A stretch of DNA of 64,000 bases from an uncultured Burkholderiales bacterium (GCA_966211815.1 CBIHOD010000005.1:55803-119802), one strand, 5' to 3'. Positions 1 to 10,560 are shown, numbered from the stretch's first letter. The notes: generated from the letters alone by a model not told the origin. Program-made: numbers and translations.

Positions 1-40
1 CGCCTTGGGCCGGTGCGGCAGCATCCGCCGCGCTGAGATA

Positions 41-69
41 AAAGAGGGAGCCTCAGGGCTCCCTTTTTG
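41..69. terminator. Bidirectional rho-independent terminator-like hairpin (AGGGAGCC-tcag-GGCTCCCT) flanked by an A-run and a T-run
   Basis: Perfect 8-bp GC-rich stem read directly, with aaaag on the 5' side and ttttt on the 3' side. It lies downstream of the minus-strand mtfA-like gene. Confidence 0.6.
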
Positions 70-132
70 CTTCTGAGCTGTGCCCAACGGCGCTATCGGT
101 GGTTCATCGCCCGCAAGGTCGGGCGGGCGGCC

Positions 133-903
133 TCAGGCGCTGGAACGCTGCGCGGGGTCCTGCCGGAAGTACCGCCGCAGCGACCCGTACAGCGCCGGGT
201 ATTCCCGCTGCATCGCCCGCCCGGCGGTGAAGAAGGCCTCGCACGCCACGGCGAAAAACTCCTCTGTCGACTCGCTGCCGTAGGGGTCGATCAAGGTGTC
301 GTCCGCGCCCGCGTCGACTTCCCCGCAGAACGCCTCATAGGCCTCGCCCAGCCCTTCCAGCCGGGAGGACAGCCCTTCGCGCATGTCCAGCACGTGGGCG
401 AACTCGTGGATCACGACGTTGTAGGGCTGCTCCCGGCAGTCGTCCTCGGCGTCGAGCAGCGCCTGCCAGGTGAGCATCATCGGGCCGCCGTCCATCGCTT
501 CGCCCGCCAGGCTGTCGGTGTAGCGGTGCACCACCCCGTCCTCGTCCAGGTATTCGCGCTCGACGGCCACTTCCCCGGCGTGCATGACGATGCCGACGAA
601 GCCGTCGTAAAGCTTCAGATCAAGGTTCAGCACCGGCAGGCAGGCCTGGGCCGCCACCGCCACCGCGACTTCGTCGGTCACGGTGAAACCACCGGCGCCG
701 TGGAATTCCTTGCTCGCCAGGAACAAGCTGGACAGGCGGCGCAGGCGGTCCTGGTCGGAGCCTGCCAGCTCGCGGAGGAAGGCGTAGCGCGTCAGCGTCC
801 ACCCCCACAGCGTGTCGTCGATGGCGTGCCTGGCCAGCGCGCGGTTTTGCCGCCAGTCGCCGACTCGTCGCCAGAGGCCTCGAAGCATGGTCCAGCCGCG
901 CAC
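133..903 (-). CDS. mtfA: MtfA-like zinc-dependent peptidase (M90 / DUF980 family)
   Basis: 256-aa ORF with a HEFAHVLD zinc motif and a DPYGSESTEEFFAVACEAFF tail typical of MtfA. Its start abuts the lpxH stop. Confidence 0.8.
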   Translation of the reverse strand: MRGWTMLRGLWRRVGDWRQNRALARHAIDDTLWGWTLTRYAFLRELAGSDQDRLRRLSSLFLASKEFHGAGGFTVTDEVAVAVAAQACLPVLNLDLKLYDGFVGIVMHAGEVAVEREYLDEDGVVHRYTDSLAGEAMDGGPMMLTWQALLDAEDDCREQPYNVVIHEFAHVLDMREGLSSRLEGLGEAYEAFCGEVDAGADDTLIDPYGSESTEEFFAVACEAFFTAGRAMQREYPALYGSLRRYFRQDPAQRSSA

Positions 904-1758
904 TCAGGCGGGTGCAGGGGGCGGGGCTTCGGAGGCCGCAGGCTCGGGCCGCAACGCCTGCTCCAGCCCGAGCCGTTCGAAACCTCGTTCAGTCAGCCGC
1001 AGGACCTGGGCGCGCGGCGCGCCATGGTGGCCGTCCAGGTCCCAGTCGCTCAGCACATGCCGCACGAAGCCCGGCGCCATCGGTTCGCTGCCCGGCCGGT
1101 GCGTGTGGCCGTGGACCATGACGGGTGTGCCGGCCTGGTGCATCCATGCCACCGCGGTGGGCGTGTCGATGTCGGCGTCCTCGTAACCCGCCGCGGCTTC
1201 GTGCTGCTGCGCGTGCCGGCGCTGGCTTTCGGCCCGCATGTGGCTGGCCATCTCGCGGCGCCGGGCCAGCGGCAGGGACAGGAAGCGGCGTTGCCATTCC
1301 GGGTCGCGCACCTCGGACCGGAAGGCCTGGTAAGGCCGGTCGGACAGGCACAGCGCGTCGCCGTGGCACAGCATCAGCCGCCGGCCGAACGCGACCAGCA
1401 CGGCCGGGTCGGCCAGGCCCAGCATGCCGCAGTCGGACAGCATGCCGGCGCCGACCAGGAAATCCCGGTTGCCGGCCATGAACGCCACCGCGCGGTGCGC
1501 GGCCGCCTCGGCCAGCACGCCGGCGCATTCGGCCTCGAAACCCTCGTGGCGGGCGTCGTCGCCGACCCAGGCGTCGAAGAGGTCGCCGAGGATGAAGATG
1601 GCGTCCGCCGGGGTGCCGAGCAAGTGCCTGGAAAAGGCATCGAAAGTCAGCGGCGAGCGACGGTCGAGGTGGAGGTCGCTGATGAAATCGATCGTCCGCC
1701 AGGACGGTCCGGCCTGCAGTTCCCAGAAGGTCGGCAGCGGCGCCGGTGCCTGGCTCAT
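904..1758 (-). CDS. lpxH: UDP-2,3-diacylglucosamine diphosphatase
   Basis: Full calcineurin-like metallophosphoesterase motif series: ISDLHL, GDLFDAWVGDD, GNRDFL, CHGD, HGHTHRP. Sits in the conserved lpxH-ppiB-ppiA neighbourhood. Confidence 0.88.
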   Translation of the reverse strand: MSQAPAPLPTFWELQAGPSWRTIDFISDLHLDRRSPLTFDAFSRHLLGTPADAIFILGDLFDAWVGDDARHEGFEAECAGVLAEAAAHRAVAFMAGNRDFLVGAGMLSDCGMLGLADPAVLVAFGRRLMLCHGDALCLSDRPYQAFRSEVRDPEWQRRFLSLPLARRREMASHMRAESQRRHAQQHEAAAGYEDADIDTPTAVAWMHQAGTPVMVHGHTHRPGSEPMAPGFVRHVLSDWDLDGHHGAPRAQVLRLTERGFERLGLEQALRPEPAASEAPPPAPA

Positions 1759-1760
1759 CG

Positions 1761-2264
1761 TCAGACCAGGACGGCCTTTTCGATCACCACGTCCTCGTTC
1801 GGGACGTCGTCGTAGAAGCCCTTGCGGCCGGTCTTCACCTTCTCGATCGCGTCGACCACCTGCGTGCCGTCGACGACCTTGCCGAACACCGCGTAGCCCC
1901 AGCCCGATGGGCTCTCGGACTTGAAGTTCAGGAAGTCGTTGTCGGCAGCGTTGATGAAGAACTGCGCGGTGGCCGAGTGGGGGTCGGAAGTCCGCGCCAT
2001 CGCGAGGGTGTAGCGGGCGTTCTTCAGGCCGTTGGAGGCTTCGTTGCGGATGGCCGCCTCGGTGGGCTTTTGCTTCATCGTGGCGTCGAAGCCGCCGCCC
2101 TGGATCATGAATCCTTTGATGACGCGGTGGAACACCGTGCCGTCGTAATGGCCCTTTTCCACGTAGGCCAGGAAATTGCGGACGGACTCGGGGGCTTTCT
2201 CGGCGTCCAGTTCGACCCGGATCACGCCGTGGTTGGTGTGCAGCTCGACTTGTTGTTGGCTCAT
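1761..2264 (-). CDS. ppiB: Peptidyl-prolyl cis-trans isomerase B (cytoplasmic cyclophilin)
   Basis: [20 protein letters not shown]...[16 protein letters not shown] cyclophilin signature. The start was trimmed to the ATG at 2264; the track ORF extends further upstream without support. Confidence 0.92.
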   Translation of the reverse strand: MSQQQVELHTNHGVIRVELDAEKAPESVRNFLAYVEKGHYDGTVFHRVIKGFMIQGGGFDATMKQKPTEAAIRNEASNGLKNARYTLAMARTSDPHSATAQFFINAADNDFLNFKSESPSGWGYAVFGKVVDGTQVVDAIEKVKTGRKGFYDDVPNEDVVIEKAVLV

Positions 2265-2265
2265 G

Positions 2266-2850
2266 TTATTTCTCCAGGGTGGCGGATTTGATGACGACGG
2301 GTTCCAAGGGCACGTTCTGGTGGCCGGCCTTGTTGCCGGTGGGCACGGCGCGGATCTTGTCGACCACCTCCATGCCGCTGACCACTTTGCCGAACACCGC
2401 GTAGCCGTTGGGCTCCGGCGAGGGGTTGGCATTCAGGAAGTCGTTGTTCTTGAGGTTGATGAAGAACTGCGAAGTGGCCGAATCGGGGATGCCGGTGCGG
2501 GCCATGGCGACGGTGCCGCGGTCGTTTTTCAAACCGTTGCGGCTTTCCAGCGCGATGGGCGGGTTGGTCGGTTTCTGGACCATGCCGGCGTCGAAGCCGC
2601 CGCCCTGGATCATGAAGTTGTCCATGACGCGGTGGAAGACCGTGCCGTTGTAGTGGCCCGACTTCACGTAGGCCACGAAGTTCTCGACGGTCTTGGGCGC
2701 CTTGGCGGCGTCCAGTTCGATCACGATGTCGCCCATCGTCGTGGCCAGCTTGACTTTCTGCTGGGCCCAGGCGGCAGTGCCGGCGAAGGCGGCGCCCAGT
2801 ACGACGCCGGTGACGGTTAATCGGTGGAGGAGTCGGTTGAATCGGTTCAT
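2266..2850 (-). CDS. ppiA: Peptidyl-prolyl cis-trans isomerase A (periplasmic cyclophilin)
   Basis: Signal peptide (…[13 protein letters not shown]) followed by the cyclophilin core [16 protein letters not shown]. Start set at MNRFNRL (2850). Confidence 0.9.
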   Translation of the reverse strand: MNRFNRLLHRLTVTGVVLGAAFAGTAAWAQQKVKLATTMGDIVIELDAAKAPKTVENFVAYVKSGHYNGTVFHRVMDNFMIQGGGFDAGMVQKPTNPPIALESRNGLKNDRGTVAMARTGIPDSATSQFFINLKNNDFLNANPSPEPNGYAVFGKVVSGMEVVDKIRAVPTGNKAGHQNVPLEPVVIKSATLEK

Positions 2851-2912
2851 GGAAGCTAGGTGTGTGGGCCGTGGATGGGAGGGTTGAGGGAGACGGCCGC
2901 GCGGGGCGGCGG

Positions 2913-3485
2913 TCAGCGTTTGCCGGAAGGCGGCGGGGCGGCGGCGGCGGAGCCTTCTTGCAGCCATTGCCGCAGCAGCTTGATCCTGCGGTTCAGGGAA
3001 GCGGCGTCGCCCCCGGCCGCCAGCGCGCGCTCGTAGGATTCCAGGCCGATGCGCAGTTGCAGGTCGCCGAGGTTTTCATGCGCGGTGGCGTAGGCCGGAT
3101 CGGCCCGCAGCGCCGCTTCGAGCTCCGCCCGGGCTTGGGAGGTCTGACCCTTGGCGGCCAGCAAGACGGCCAGGTTGTTGTGCGGCTCCGGCAGGTTGGG
3201 ATAGTCCTCGGTCAGCGCGGTGAAGACGGCGATGGCTTCGTCGGTGCGCTGGCCGCGCGACAGCAGCGTGCCTTGCAGGAAGCGCCATTGCGGGTCGCGG
3301 GGGCGGGTTTTCAGCGCGGTTTCGACCAGGCGCAGCGCCTGCTCGGTCTGGCCGGCGTCGGCGAGCCGGGATGCGGCGGAAAAACTGACTGCCGCCGGTT
3401 TTTCTTCCGCGGAGGAAGCCACCGCGGGAAGAAGGCACAGCAGGCCCGCGGCAAGGGTCAAGGCGGCGATGGGTGAACGAGTCAT
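2913..3485 (-). CDS. Secreted tetratricopeptide-repeat protein
   Basis: Signal peptide MTRSPIAALTLAAGLLCLLPAVASSA followed by TPR-like helices (…YPNLPEPHNNLAVLLAAKGQTSQARAELEAALRADPAYATAHENLG…). Confidence 0.7.
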   Translation of the reverse strand: MTRSPIAALTLAAGLLCLLPAVASSAEEKPAAVSFSAASRLADAGQTEQALRLVETALKTRPRDPQWRFLQGTLLSRGQRTDEAIAVFTALTEDYPNLPEPHNNLAVLLAAKGQTSQARAELEAALRADPAYATAHENLGDLQLRIGLESYERALAAGGDAASLNRRIKLLRQWLQEGSAAAAPPPSGKR

Positions 3486-3770
3486 CGGGGAGTCGAAAGT
3501 CTCGGGCGGGGCCTTCGGCAGGCCGGGGCGGGCCTTGTCTTCGCGGGCCCGCGGCGCGGCGCGCTGCCCGTGGGCATGGCCGCCGCTATACTGAAATCCA
3601 TTGTAGTTCAGCCCCCTTTTTTTCTCCTCGCGACCGGCCCGGCGCCCATCCCGCGCTGCCCAGCACCTTCGAAGTAACCGCATGCCGGCCGGCGTCGTCC
3701 CCGCGTGCGCCCCGCTCCAGACCCCCGCCCGTGCGCGCCGCGCGGGTCGTCCTCTCCTTGTGTCTTCCCC

Positions 3771-5174
3771 ATGACATTGCGACTTTTCAATTCGCTTTCA
3801 CGAAGCGTCGAGACCTTCACGCCGATCGACCCCCGGCATGTGCGCATGTACGTCTGCGGCATGACCGTCTACGACTACTGCCATGTCGGCCATGCGCGCT
3901 CGATGACGACGTTCGACGTGGTCTACCGGTGGCTGCGCGAGCTGGGGTACGGGGTCACTTATGTCCGCAACGTCACCGACATCGACGACAAGATCATCAA
4001 GCGCGCGCTGGAGCGCGGCATCCCCATCCGCAGCCTGACCGACGAGATGACCGCCGCCATGCACGAGGACGCCGCGGCGCTGGGCATCGAGCCGCCGACA
4101 TTCGAGCCACGGGCCACCGAGCACGTCCCGAAGATGCTCTCCCTGATCTCCGCGCTGGAAGCCAAGGGCCTGGCCTACCGGTCGGCCGGCGGCGACGTGA
4201 ACTTCGCCGTGCGCAAGTTCCCGGGCTACGGCAAGCTGTCCGGCAAGAGCCTGGACCAGCTCCGCGCCGGCGAGCGCGTGGCGGTGCAGGGCGACAAGGA
4301 GGATCCGCTGGACTTCGTCCTGTGGAAGTCGGCCAAGGAGTCCGAACCGGACGACGCCAAGTGGCCCAGCGTTTTCGGCACGGGACGTCCGGGTTGGCAC
4401 ATCGAGTGCTCGGCGATGAGCTGCGCGCTGCTCGGCGAGCAGTTCGACATCCACGGCGGCGGGCTCGACCTGCAATTCCCGCACCACGAGAACGAGATCG
4501 CGCAGAGCGAGGGCGCCAGCGGCAAGCCCTACGCCAATTACTGGATGCACAACGGCTTCCTCAATGTCGACAACGAGAAGATGTCCAAGTCGCTGGGCAA
4601 TTTCTTCACTATCCGCGACGTGCTGCGCCGCTACGACGGCGAGACCATCCGCTTCCTGATGCTGCGCACCCACTACCGCAGTCCCTTCAATTTCAGCGAC
4701 GCCAACCTCGACGACGCCCGCAACGCGCTCAAGCGCCTGTACACCGCGCTGGACGGGGTGGAAGCCGCGCCCGTCGCCGGGGTCGACTGGGCGCAGCCGG
4801 CCGCCGCGGCCTTCCGCAAGGCGATGAACGAAGACATCAACACCCCGGAGGCGGTGGCGGTGCTTTTCGAACTGGCGGGCGAGGTCAACCGCACGCGCTC
4901 GGCCGAATCCGCCGGGCTGCTCAAGCGGCTCGGCGCCGCGCTGGGCCTGCTGCAGCAGCCGCCCCGCGCCTACCTGCAGGGCGGCGGTCGCGCCGGGCAG
5001 GGCGAGGAAGGCCAGGGCTTGACGGCCGAGGCCATCGAGGCGGCGATCGCCCAACGCGCGGCCGCCAAGCAGGCCAAAGACTTCGCCTCGGCCGACCAGA
5101 TCCGCAAGGACCTGCTGGCCCGGGGCGTGGCGCTGCAGGATTCGCCGGCCGGCACCACATGGACGAGGACTTGA
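3771..5174 (+). CDS. cysS: Cysteine--tRNA ligase
   Basis: Class-I aaRS HIGH motif (CHVGHARS) and KMSKS motif (EKMSKSLGN), plus overall CysS-like sequence. Start at MTLRLFNSL. Confidence 0.95.
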   Translation: MTLRLFNSLSRSVETFTPIDPRHVRMYVCGMTVYDYCHVGHARSMTTFDVVYRWLRELGYGVTYVRNVTDIDDKIIKRALERGIPIRSLTDEMTAAMHEDAAALGIEPPTFEPRATEHVPKMLSLISALEAKGLAYRSAGGDVNFAVRKFPGYGKLSGKSLDQLRAGERVAVQGDKEDPLDFVLWKSAKESEPDDAKWPSVFGTGRPGWHIECSAMSCALLGEQFDIHGGGLDLQFPHHENEIAQSEGASGKPYANYWMHNGFLNVDNEKMSKSLGNFFTIRDVLRRYDGETIRFLMLRTHYRSPFNFSDANLDDARNALKRLYTALDGVEAAPVAGVDWAQPAAAAFRKAMNEDINTPEAVAVLFELAGEVNRTRSAESAGLLKRLGAALGLLQQPPRAYLQGGGRAGQGEEGQGLTAEAIEAAIAQRAAAKQAKDFASADQIRKDLLARGVALQDSPAGTTWTRT

Positions 5175-5878
5175 TGGCCACCCGTGGCGCCAAGGCCGAA
5201 CCCGCCGAGCCCGCGGCTTTGGCGGTGCCTGACGGCATCGTCGACGTCACGCCCCATTACTGGGACGACGCCTGCAAGCATTTGTCCAAGCGCGACCGCG
5301 TGATGCGCAAGCTGATCCCCCGCTTCGGCCAGGCACGCCTGCAAAGCCGCGGCGACGCCTTCACGACGCTGGCGCGTTCCATCGTCGGCCAGCAGATCTC
5401 GGTGAAGGCGGCCCAGTCGGTCTGGTCGAAATTCACCGCGCTGTCGCCCGCCGACCCGGCCCACCGCATCCAGCCGCGCAGCGTGCTCGGCCTGGCGGAG
5501 GCCAGCATGCGCGGCGCCGGGCTGTCCGCGCGCAAGGTGGAATACCTCACCGACCTGGCCCGCCACTTCGACGAAGGATCGGTGCACGTCGACCAATGGC
5601 AGAAGATGGACGACGAGGCCATCATCGAAGAGCTGGTCGCGATCCGCGGCATCGGCCGCTGGACCGCGGAGATGTTCCTCATCTTCCACCTGATGCGGCC
5701 CAACGTGATGCCGCTGGACGACCTGGGCCTGATCAAGGGCATCAGCCTGAGCTACTTCAGCGGCGAGCCGGTGTCGCGCGCCGAGGCGCGCGAAGTGGGC
5801 GAGGCCTGGGCGCCTTTCCGGTCCGTCGCCACCTGGTACCTCTGGCGCAGCCTGGACCCGCTGCCGGTAGACTACTGA
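5174..5878 (+). CDS. DNA-3-methyladenine glycosylase II-like HhH-GPD base-excision enzyme
   Basis: HhH-GPD features (LSARKVEYL, IRGIGRWTAEMFLIFHL, PLDDLGL). The ATG overlaps the cysS stop (TGATG). Only the last 234 codons of the 801-aa track ORF are used. Confidence 0.8.
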   Translation: MATRGAKAEPAEPAALAVPDGIVDVTPHYWDDACKHLSKRDRVMRKLIPRFGQARLQSRGDAFTTLARSIVGQQISVKAAQSVWSKFTALSPADPAHRIQPRSVLGLAEASMRGAGLSARKVEYLTDLARHFDEGSVHVDQWQKMDDEAIIEELVAIRGIGRWTAEMFLIFHLMRPNVMPLDDLGLIKGISLSYFSGEPVSRAEAREVGEAWAPFRSVATWYLWRSLDPLPVDY

Positions 5879-5938
5879 CCTGTTTTTTTTCGCGCCCTGC
5901 GGCCGCACGCGGGGCAGCCCAGAAGGAAGCACACGCCC

Positions 5939-6910
5939 ATGAGCAAACGCCATTTCCTCGACTTCGAGCAGCCGGTGGCCGACCTGGAAACCAAGATCGA
6001 AGAGCTGCGCTATGTGCAGAACGAGTCGGCCGTCGACATCTCCGAGGAGATCGACAGGCTGAGCAAGAAAAGCCTGCAGCTCACCAAGGACATCTACGCC
6101 AACCTGTCGCCCTGGCAGGTCACGCAGACCGCGCGCCACCCGCAGCGGCCCTACACGCTGGACTACGTCAACGACATCTTCACCGAGTTCCAGGAGCTCC
6201 ACGGCGACCGGCATTTCGCCGACGACCAGTCCATCGTCGGCGGCCTGGCCCGCTTCAACGGCCAGGCCTGCATGGTGCTGGGCCACCAGAAGGGCCGCGA
6301 TACCAAGGAGCGCGGCATGCGCAACTTCGGCATGTCCCGGCCGGAGGGCTACCGCAAGGCGCTGCGGCTGATGAAACTGGCCGAGAAGTTCGGCATCCCC
6401 GTCTTCACTTTCGTCGACACGCCCGGGGCCTACCCCGGCATCGGTGCGGAGGAGCGTGGCCAGTCCGAAGCCATCGGCCGGAACATCTTCGAGATGGCCC
6501 AGCTGGAAGTGCCGATCATCACCACCATCATCGGCGAGGGCGGCTCCGGCGGCGCGCTGGCCATCAGCGTCGCCGACCAGGTCCTGATGCTGCAGTACGC
6601 GGTCTATTCGGTGATTTCCCCGGAAGGCTGCGCCTCCATCCTCTGGAAGACCGCCGAGCGGGCGCCCGACGCCGCCGAGGCCCTGGGCATCACCGCCCAC
6701 CGCCTGAAGGCCCTCGGCCTGGTCGACAAGATCGTCAACGAACCGGTCGGCGGCGCCCACCGCGACTCCAAGCAGATGTCGGCCTACCTCAAGCGCGCGC
6801 TGAACGACTCGCTGCGCCAGGTCAGCGACTTGAAAGTCAAGGAACTGCTGCAGCGCCGCTACGAGCGGCTGCAGGCCTACGGCCGCTTCAGCGACACCAC
6901 CGAGCGCTGA
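5939..6910 (+). CDS. accA: Acetyl-CoA carboxylase carboxyltransferase subunit alpha
   Basis: Full-length AccA-like sequence ([19 protein letters not shown]…, [23 protein letters not shown]). Confidence 0.95.
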   Translation: MSKRHFLDFEQPVADLETKIEELRYVQNESAVDISEEIDRLSKKSLQLTKDIYANLSPWQVTQTARHPQRPYTLDYVNDIFTEFQELHGDRHFADDQSIVGGLARFNGQACMVLGHQKGRDTKERGMRNFGMSRPEGYRKALRLMKLAEKFGIPVFTFVDTPGAYPGIGAEERGQSEAIGRNIFEMAQLEVPIITTIIGEGGSGGALAISVADQVLMLQYAVYSVISPEGCASILWKTAERAPDAAEALGITAHRLKALGLVDKIVNEPVGGAHRDSKQMSAYLKRALNDSLRQVSDLKVKELLQRRYERLQAYGRFSDTTER

Positions 6911-7070
6911 GAAGCTGTGAACAAATCCGGCACACCCGCTCGGTCCGCCAAAACAGGCCCACTCCGCGTTGCAAATGCTCGCCATGGCCAGGGCCATGGC
7001 TGTGCTTTGCGCCTCGATTGGCCCTGTTTTGGGGGACCGCTCGGGCGCGTCGGATCCAATCACAGCTTCT
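6910..7070. repeat. About 160-bp imperfect inverted-repeat (REP/MITE-like) element in the accA-tilS spacer
   Basis: Termini agaagctgtga…/…tcacagcttct are perfect reverse complements. The arms share atccg, cggtcc and aaaacagg blocks. The centre carries two copies of the palindrome GCCATGGC. Confidence 0.6.
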
Positions 7071-7136
7071 GAGCCGCGGCGCCAGGGCCGGGCAGGCGTG
7101 CAGGGCTTCGACCCGGAAGACAGGCGCGGGGGCGCG

Positions 7137-8468
7137 ATGCCGTCGGCTGTCGTCGCGGTCGCCTACAGCGCGGGCCGGGACTCCACCGCGTTGCTTCACG
7201 CCACCTGGCGGGCCGCACTGGCCCAAGGTGGCCTGCGGGTCGCGGCCTTGCATGTCCACCACGGCTTGAGCGCCTTCGCCGACGACTGGCTGGACCACGC
7301 GCGAAAGCAATGCCGGGACTGGGCTGCGGAGGAGGGCGCGCCGCTGAGTTTCCTGTCGCGCCGGCTGCCCACCCGCCCGGCCGCCGGGGAGAGCGTCGAA
7401 GCCTGGGCGCGCCGCGAGCGTTACCGGGCCTTGGCGGGGATGGCGCGGGAGGCGGGTGCGTCGATCGTGCTGCTCGCCCACCACCGCCAGGACCAGGCGG
7501 AAACCTTCCTGCTGCAGGCACTGCGTGGCGCGGGGCCGGCGGGCCTGTCAGGCATGGCGCAGCAGGCCTCGCGGGACGGCATCGCCTGGGTGCGGCCGTG
7601 GCTGTGCCAGCCGCGGCGGTCGATCCAGGCCTATGTGGACCACCACCGCTTGCGCCACGTCGAAGACGACAGCAACGCTGAAGCGCGTTTCGCCCGCAAC
7701 CGCCTGAGGTTGAAGGTCTGGCCTGCGCTGTGCGAAGCCTTCCCGCAAGCGGAGGGCGCGCTGGCCGACGCGGCGGCGCGCGCCCAGCAAGCCGATGCGG
7801 CGCTGCGGGAATTGGCCGAGCTGGACATGGCCGCCACCGGCGCCACCGATGGCGTGTTGCCGTTGCGCGCCTGGGCAGCGCTGTCGCCGGCGCGGCGTGG
7901 CAATTTACTGCGCGCCTGGCTGCTCCGGCAGCCCGGCCTCGCGTTGACGTCGGCGTTGCTTGTCCGCCTGATGGACGAGTTGCACGGCGCGGGGCCGGCC
8001 AGCTGGCCCGCCGGCGCCGGCCAATTGCGGCGTTACAGGGGGCGGCTGACCTTTTCGACGGATGAGGCGCCGTCCGGGCGGCCTTCCGCCGGCGCGGCCC
8101 CCGAAAACCCCGCGCGGGAGGTCAGGCTCAGCATCACGCGTCCCGGCGCCTTCCCGCTGCCGCAATGGGGGGGCGTCCTGCACGCCGAACCGGTGGCCGA
8201 AGGCGGTGTGCCGCTGGCCTGGCTCGGCGCATTGGAACTCAAGGCGCGCGGCGGCGGGGAGCGTTTCCAGGCGGGCATCGGGCGGCCCGCGCGCAGCCTC
8301 AAGAAGCAATACCAGGCGGCGGCGGTGCCGGAGTGGGCGCGAAGCGGCCCGCTGGTCTACAGCGGCGGCCAGCTGGTGTTCGTGCCGGGCCTGGGCTTGG
8401 ACGCGCGCGTGCTCGCGTTGCCGGGCCAGGAACAGGTCGGCCTTCAATGGGTCGCGTCGGGTACGTAA
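7137..8468 (+). CDS. tilS: tRNA(Ile)-lysidine synthase
   Basis: PP-loop ATPase motif (VAYSAGRDSTALL) and LLAHHRQDQAETFLLQALRG, with conserved accA-tilS synteny. Start set at MPSAVV. Confidence 0.88.
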   Translation: MPSAVVAVAYSAGRDSTALLHATWRAALAQGGLRVAALHVHHGLSAFADDWLDHARKQCRDWAAEEGAPLSFLSRRLPTRPAAGESVEAWARRERYRALAGMAREAGASIVLLAHHRQDQAETFLLQALRGAGPAGLSGMAQQASRDGIAWVRPWLCQPRRSIQAYVDHHRLRHVEDDSNAEARFARNRLRLKVWPALCEAFPQAEGALADAAARAQQADAALRELAELDMAATGATDGVLPLRAWAALSPARRGNLLRAWLLRQPGLALTSALLVRLMDELHGAGPASWPAGAGQLRRYRGRLTFSTDEAPSGRPSAGAAPENPAREVRLSITRPGAFPLPQWGGVLHAEPVAEGGVPLAWLGALELKARGGGERFQAGIGRPARSLKKQYQAAAVPEWARSGPLVYSGGQLVFVPGLGLDARVLALPGQEQVGLQWVASGT

Positions 8469-8555
8469 TCTCCGCGTACCGGGCGCCACGGCGGGGGCGG
8501 TTAAAATCCCAAGTCTTTTCGTCCAGTTTTCCCCCTTTCCCCCGCATCACCTCCC

Positions 8556-9824
8556 ATGGCACTCATCGTTCACAAATACGGCGGCACCTCGATGGGGTCG
8601 ACCGAGCGCATCCGCAACGTCGCCAAGCGCGTGGCCAAATGGGCCCGCGCCGGCCACCAGATGGTGGTCGTCCCTTCGGCCATGAGCGGAGAGACCAACC
8701 GCCTGCTCGGCCTGGCCAAGGAGCTGTCGCCCGAATCCATCACGCAGGCGGTGCAGCGCGAGATGGACGCCATCGCCTGCACCGGCGAGCAGGTCTCGGT
8801 GGGCCTGCTGTCGATCGCGCTGCAGGCCGAGGGCATGCAGGCCGTGAGCTACGCGGGCTGGCAAGTGCCGATCAAGACCGACAGCGCCTTCACCAAGGCG
8901 CGCATCGAAAGCATCGACGACACCCGCGTGCGCGCCGACCTGGCCGCCGGCAAGGTGGTCATCATCACCGGCTTCCAGGGCATCGACCCGGACGGCCACA
9001 TCACCACGCTGGGCCGCGGCGGCTCCGACACCTCGGCGGTGGCCGTCGCTGCCGCGATGAAGGCGGATGAATGCCTGATCTACACCGACGTGGACGGCGT
9101 CTACACCACCGACCCGCGCATCGTGCCCGAGGCGCGCCGCCTGCACAGCATCAGCTTCGAAGAGATGCTCGAGATGGCCAGCCTGGGCTCCAAGGTGCTG
9201 CAGATCCGCTCGGTGGAGTTCGCCGGCAAGTACCGCGTCCCGCTGCGCGTGCTGTCCAGCTTCACGCCCTGGGACATCGCCATCGAGGAAGAGGCCCGTT
9301 CGGGCACCCTGATTTCTTTTGAGGAAGACGTAAAAATGGAAAAAGCCGTCGTTTCGGGCATCGCCTTCAACCGTGACGAAGCCAAGGTCAGCTTGCTGGG
9401 CGTGCCCGACAAGCCGGGCATCGCGTTCCAGATCCTCGGCCCCGTGGCCGAGGCCAACATCGATGTGGACGTGATCATCCAGAACGTCTCGCACGACGGC
9501 AAGACCGATTTTTCGTTCACCGTGCACCGCAACGACTACGCCCGCACCCTGGAGTTGCTCAAGACCGTCGTTCAGCCCAGGACGGGCGCGGCCGAGGTGG
9601 TCGGCGACGCGAAGATCTGCAAGGTCAGCATCGTCGGCATCGGCATGCGCTCGCACGTCGGCGTGGCCAGCAAGATGTTCGAGAGCCTGAGCACCGAGGG
9701 CATCAACATCCAGATGATCACCACCAGCGAGATCAAGACCAGCGTCGTCATCGACGAGAAGTACATGGAACTCGCGGTGCGCGCGCTGCACAAGGCCTTC
9801 GACCTGGACCAGGCCGCCGCCTGA
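8556..9824 (+). CDS. lysC: Aspartate kinase (two C-terminal ACT domains)
   Basis: [30 protein letters not shown] and [15 protein letters not shown] kinase motifs, plus a C-terminal ACT region. Confidence 0.95.
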   Translation: MALIVHKYGGTSMGSTERIRNVAKRVAKWARAGHQMVVVPSAMSGETNRLLGLAKELSPESITQAVQREMDAIACTGEQVSVGLLSIALQAEGMQAVSYAGWQVPIKTDSAFTKARIESIDDTRVRADLAAGKVVIITGFQGIDPDGHITTLGRGGSDTSAVAVAAAMKADECLIYTDVDGVYTTDPRIVPEARRLHSISFEEMLEMASLGSKVLQIRSVEFAGKYRVPLRVLSSFTPWDIAIEEEARSGTLISFEEDVKMEKAVVSGIAFNRDEAKVSLLGVPDKPGIAFQILGPVAEANIDVDVIIQNVSHDGKTDFSFTVHRNDYARTLELLKTVVQPRTGAAEVVGDAKICKVSIVGIGMRSHVGVASKMFESLSTEGINIQMITTSEIKTSVVIDEKYMELAVRALHKAFDLDQAAA

Positions 9825-9926
9825 TCCGCCGCTTCGAAGCGGGCCCGTTCGAAAGGAAGTTGTTCGAAGCCGCTTCTGATGTCTGGATCGGCTCCAGCTT
9901 CGGGTTAGAATGCGCGTCTGGTTTCA

Positions 9927-10019
9927 GGAGCTGTGACCGAGAGGCCGAAGGTGCTCCCCTGCTAAGGGAGTATGCGGGCAAAACCTGCATCGAGGGTTCG
10001 AATCCCTCCGGCTCCGCCA
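9927..10019 (+). tRNA. tRNA-Ser (anticodon GCU), encoded CCA end
   Basis: Cloverleaf folded by hand. Acceptor GGAGCTG/CGGCTCC has one G-U pair. Anticodon stem CTCCC/GGGAG carries loop CTGCTAA. There is a long variable arm, and T-arm GAGGG-TTCGAAT-CCCTC. Discriminator G followed by CCA. Confidence 0.9.
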
Positions 10020-10063
10020 GAAACGAATCAAGGGCGTATGGTTGAACACCGGTACGACCCGCC

Positions 10064-10091
10064 AAAGCCCCGGCGTGCCGGGGCTTTTTTC
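10064..10091 (+). terminator. Rho-independent terminator after tRNA-Ser
   Basis: aaAGCCCCGgcgtgcCGGGGCTttttt hairpin followed by a T-run. Confidence 0.6.
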
Positions 10092-10197
10092 TTGTCCGCG
10101 CGGTGGCCCCAACACGCGTCTTTCACGAAGGCCCGGCGCGCTGCCCCGCGGAACGTTTGAGCCGCCACCGCGCACGCGCAGTTTGGACGAACACCCG

Positions 10198-10560
10198 ATG
10201 ACCGGCCTGCCATCCCCGTCCCATGGATCGACCTCGCACCGGAAAGCGGCCGCCGCGATCCGCCTGGCGGCGGGGCTGTTCGCCTTGTTCATCCTGGTGT
10301 GCACCGCGCTCTTCTGGCTCATGGTGTCGTGGCGGTATTCGACGGCCGAAAAAGGCGCCATGCTGATCGCCGCCGTGGCCTTCGGTATCGGCCTGCTTTT
10401 CGTCGCGGACGCCGTGTCCAAGCGCAAAACCTGGGGGCGCGCCGCCGGGATCGTTCTGGGGGCTGCGGCGGTGCCTGTCCTGCCCGTCGGCACGTTGTGG
10501 GGCGGCTATGTGCTTTTCCACCTGGTCATAGGCTGGAAGGGGCCCGCGGATGCCGATTGA
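10198..10560 (+). CDS. Small integral membrane protein, function unknown
   Basis: 120-aa product with 3-4 hydrophobic helices (LFALFILVCTALFWLMV, MLIAAVAFGIGLLFV, IVLGAAAVPVLPV…). No recognisable motif. The start is uncertain. Confidence 0.45.
   Translation: MTGLPSPSHGSTSHRKAAAAIRLAAGLFALFILVCTALFWLMVSWRYSTAEKGAMLIAAVAFGIGLLFVADAVSKRKTWGRAAGIVLGAAAVPVLPVGTLWGGYVLFHLVIGWKGPADAD

Noticed and set aside
3473-5173. N-terminal 567 codons of the 801-aa track ORF
   Set aside because: This part overlaps cysS in another frame and is Pro/Arg/Gly-rich. Only the part from the ATG at 5174 has HhH-GPD glycosylase character.
4970-7063. 697-aa minus-strand ORF spanning alkA-like, accA and the spacer
   Set aside because: It is antisense to two well-supported genes and crosses an intergenic repeat, with no recognisable domain. 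The same reasoning rejects 67-1815(+), 3798-5054(-), 8547-9791(-), 17852-19360(-), 23877-25568(-), 25315-26487(-), 27350-28843(-), 29482-31644(-), 46568-48850(-), 48609-50216(-) and 50653-52074(-).
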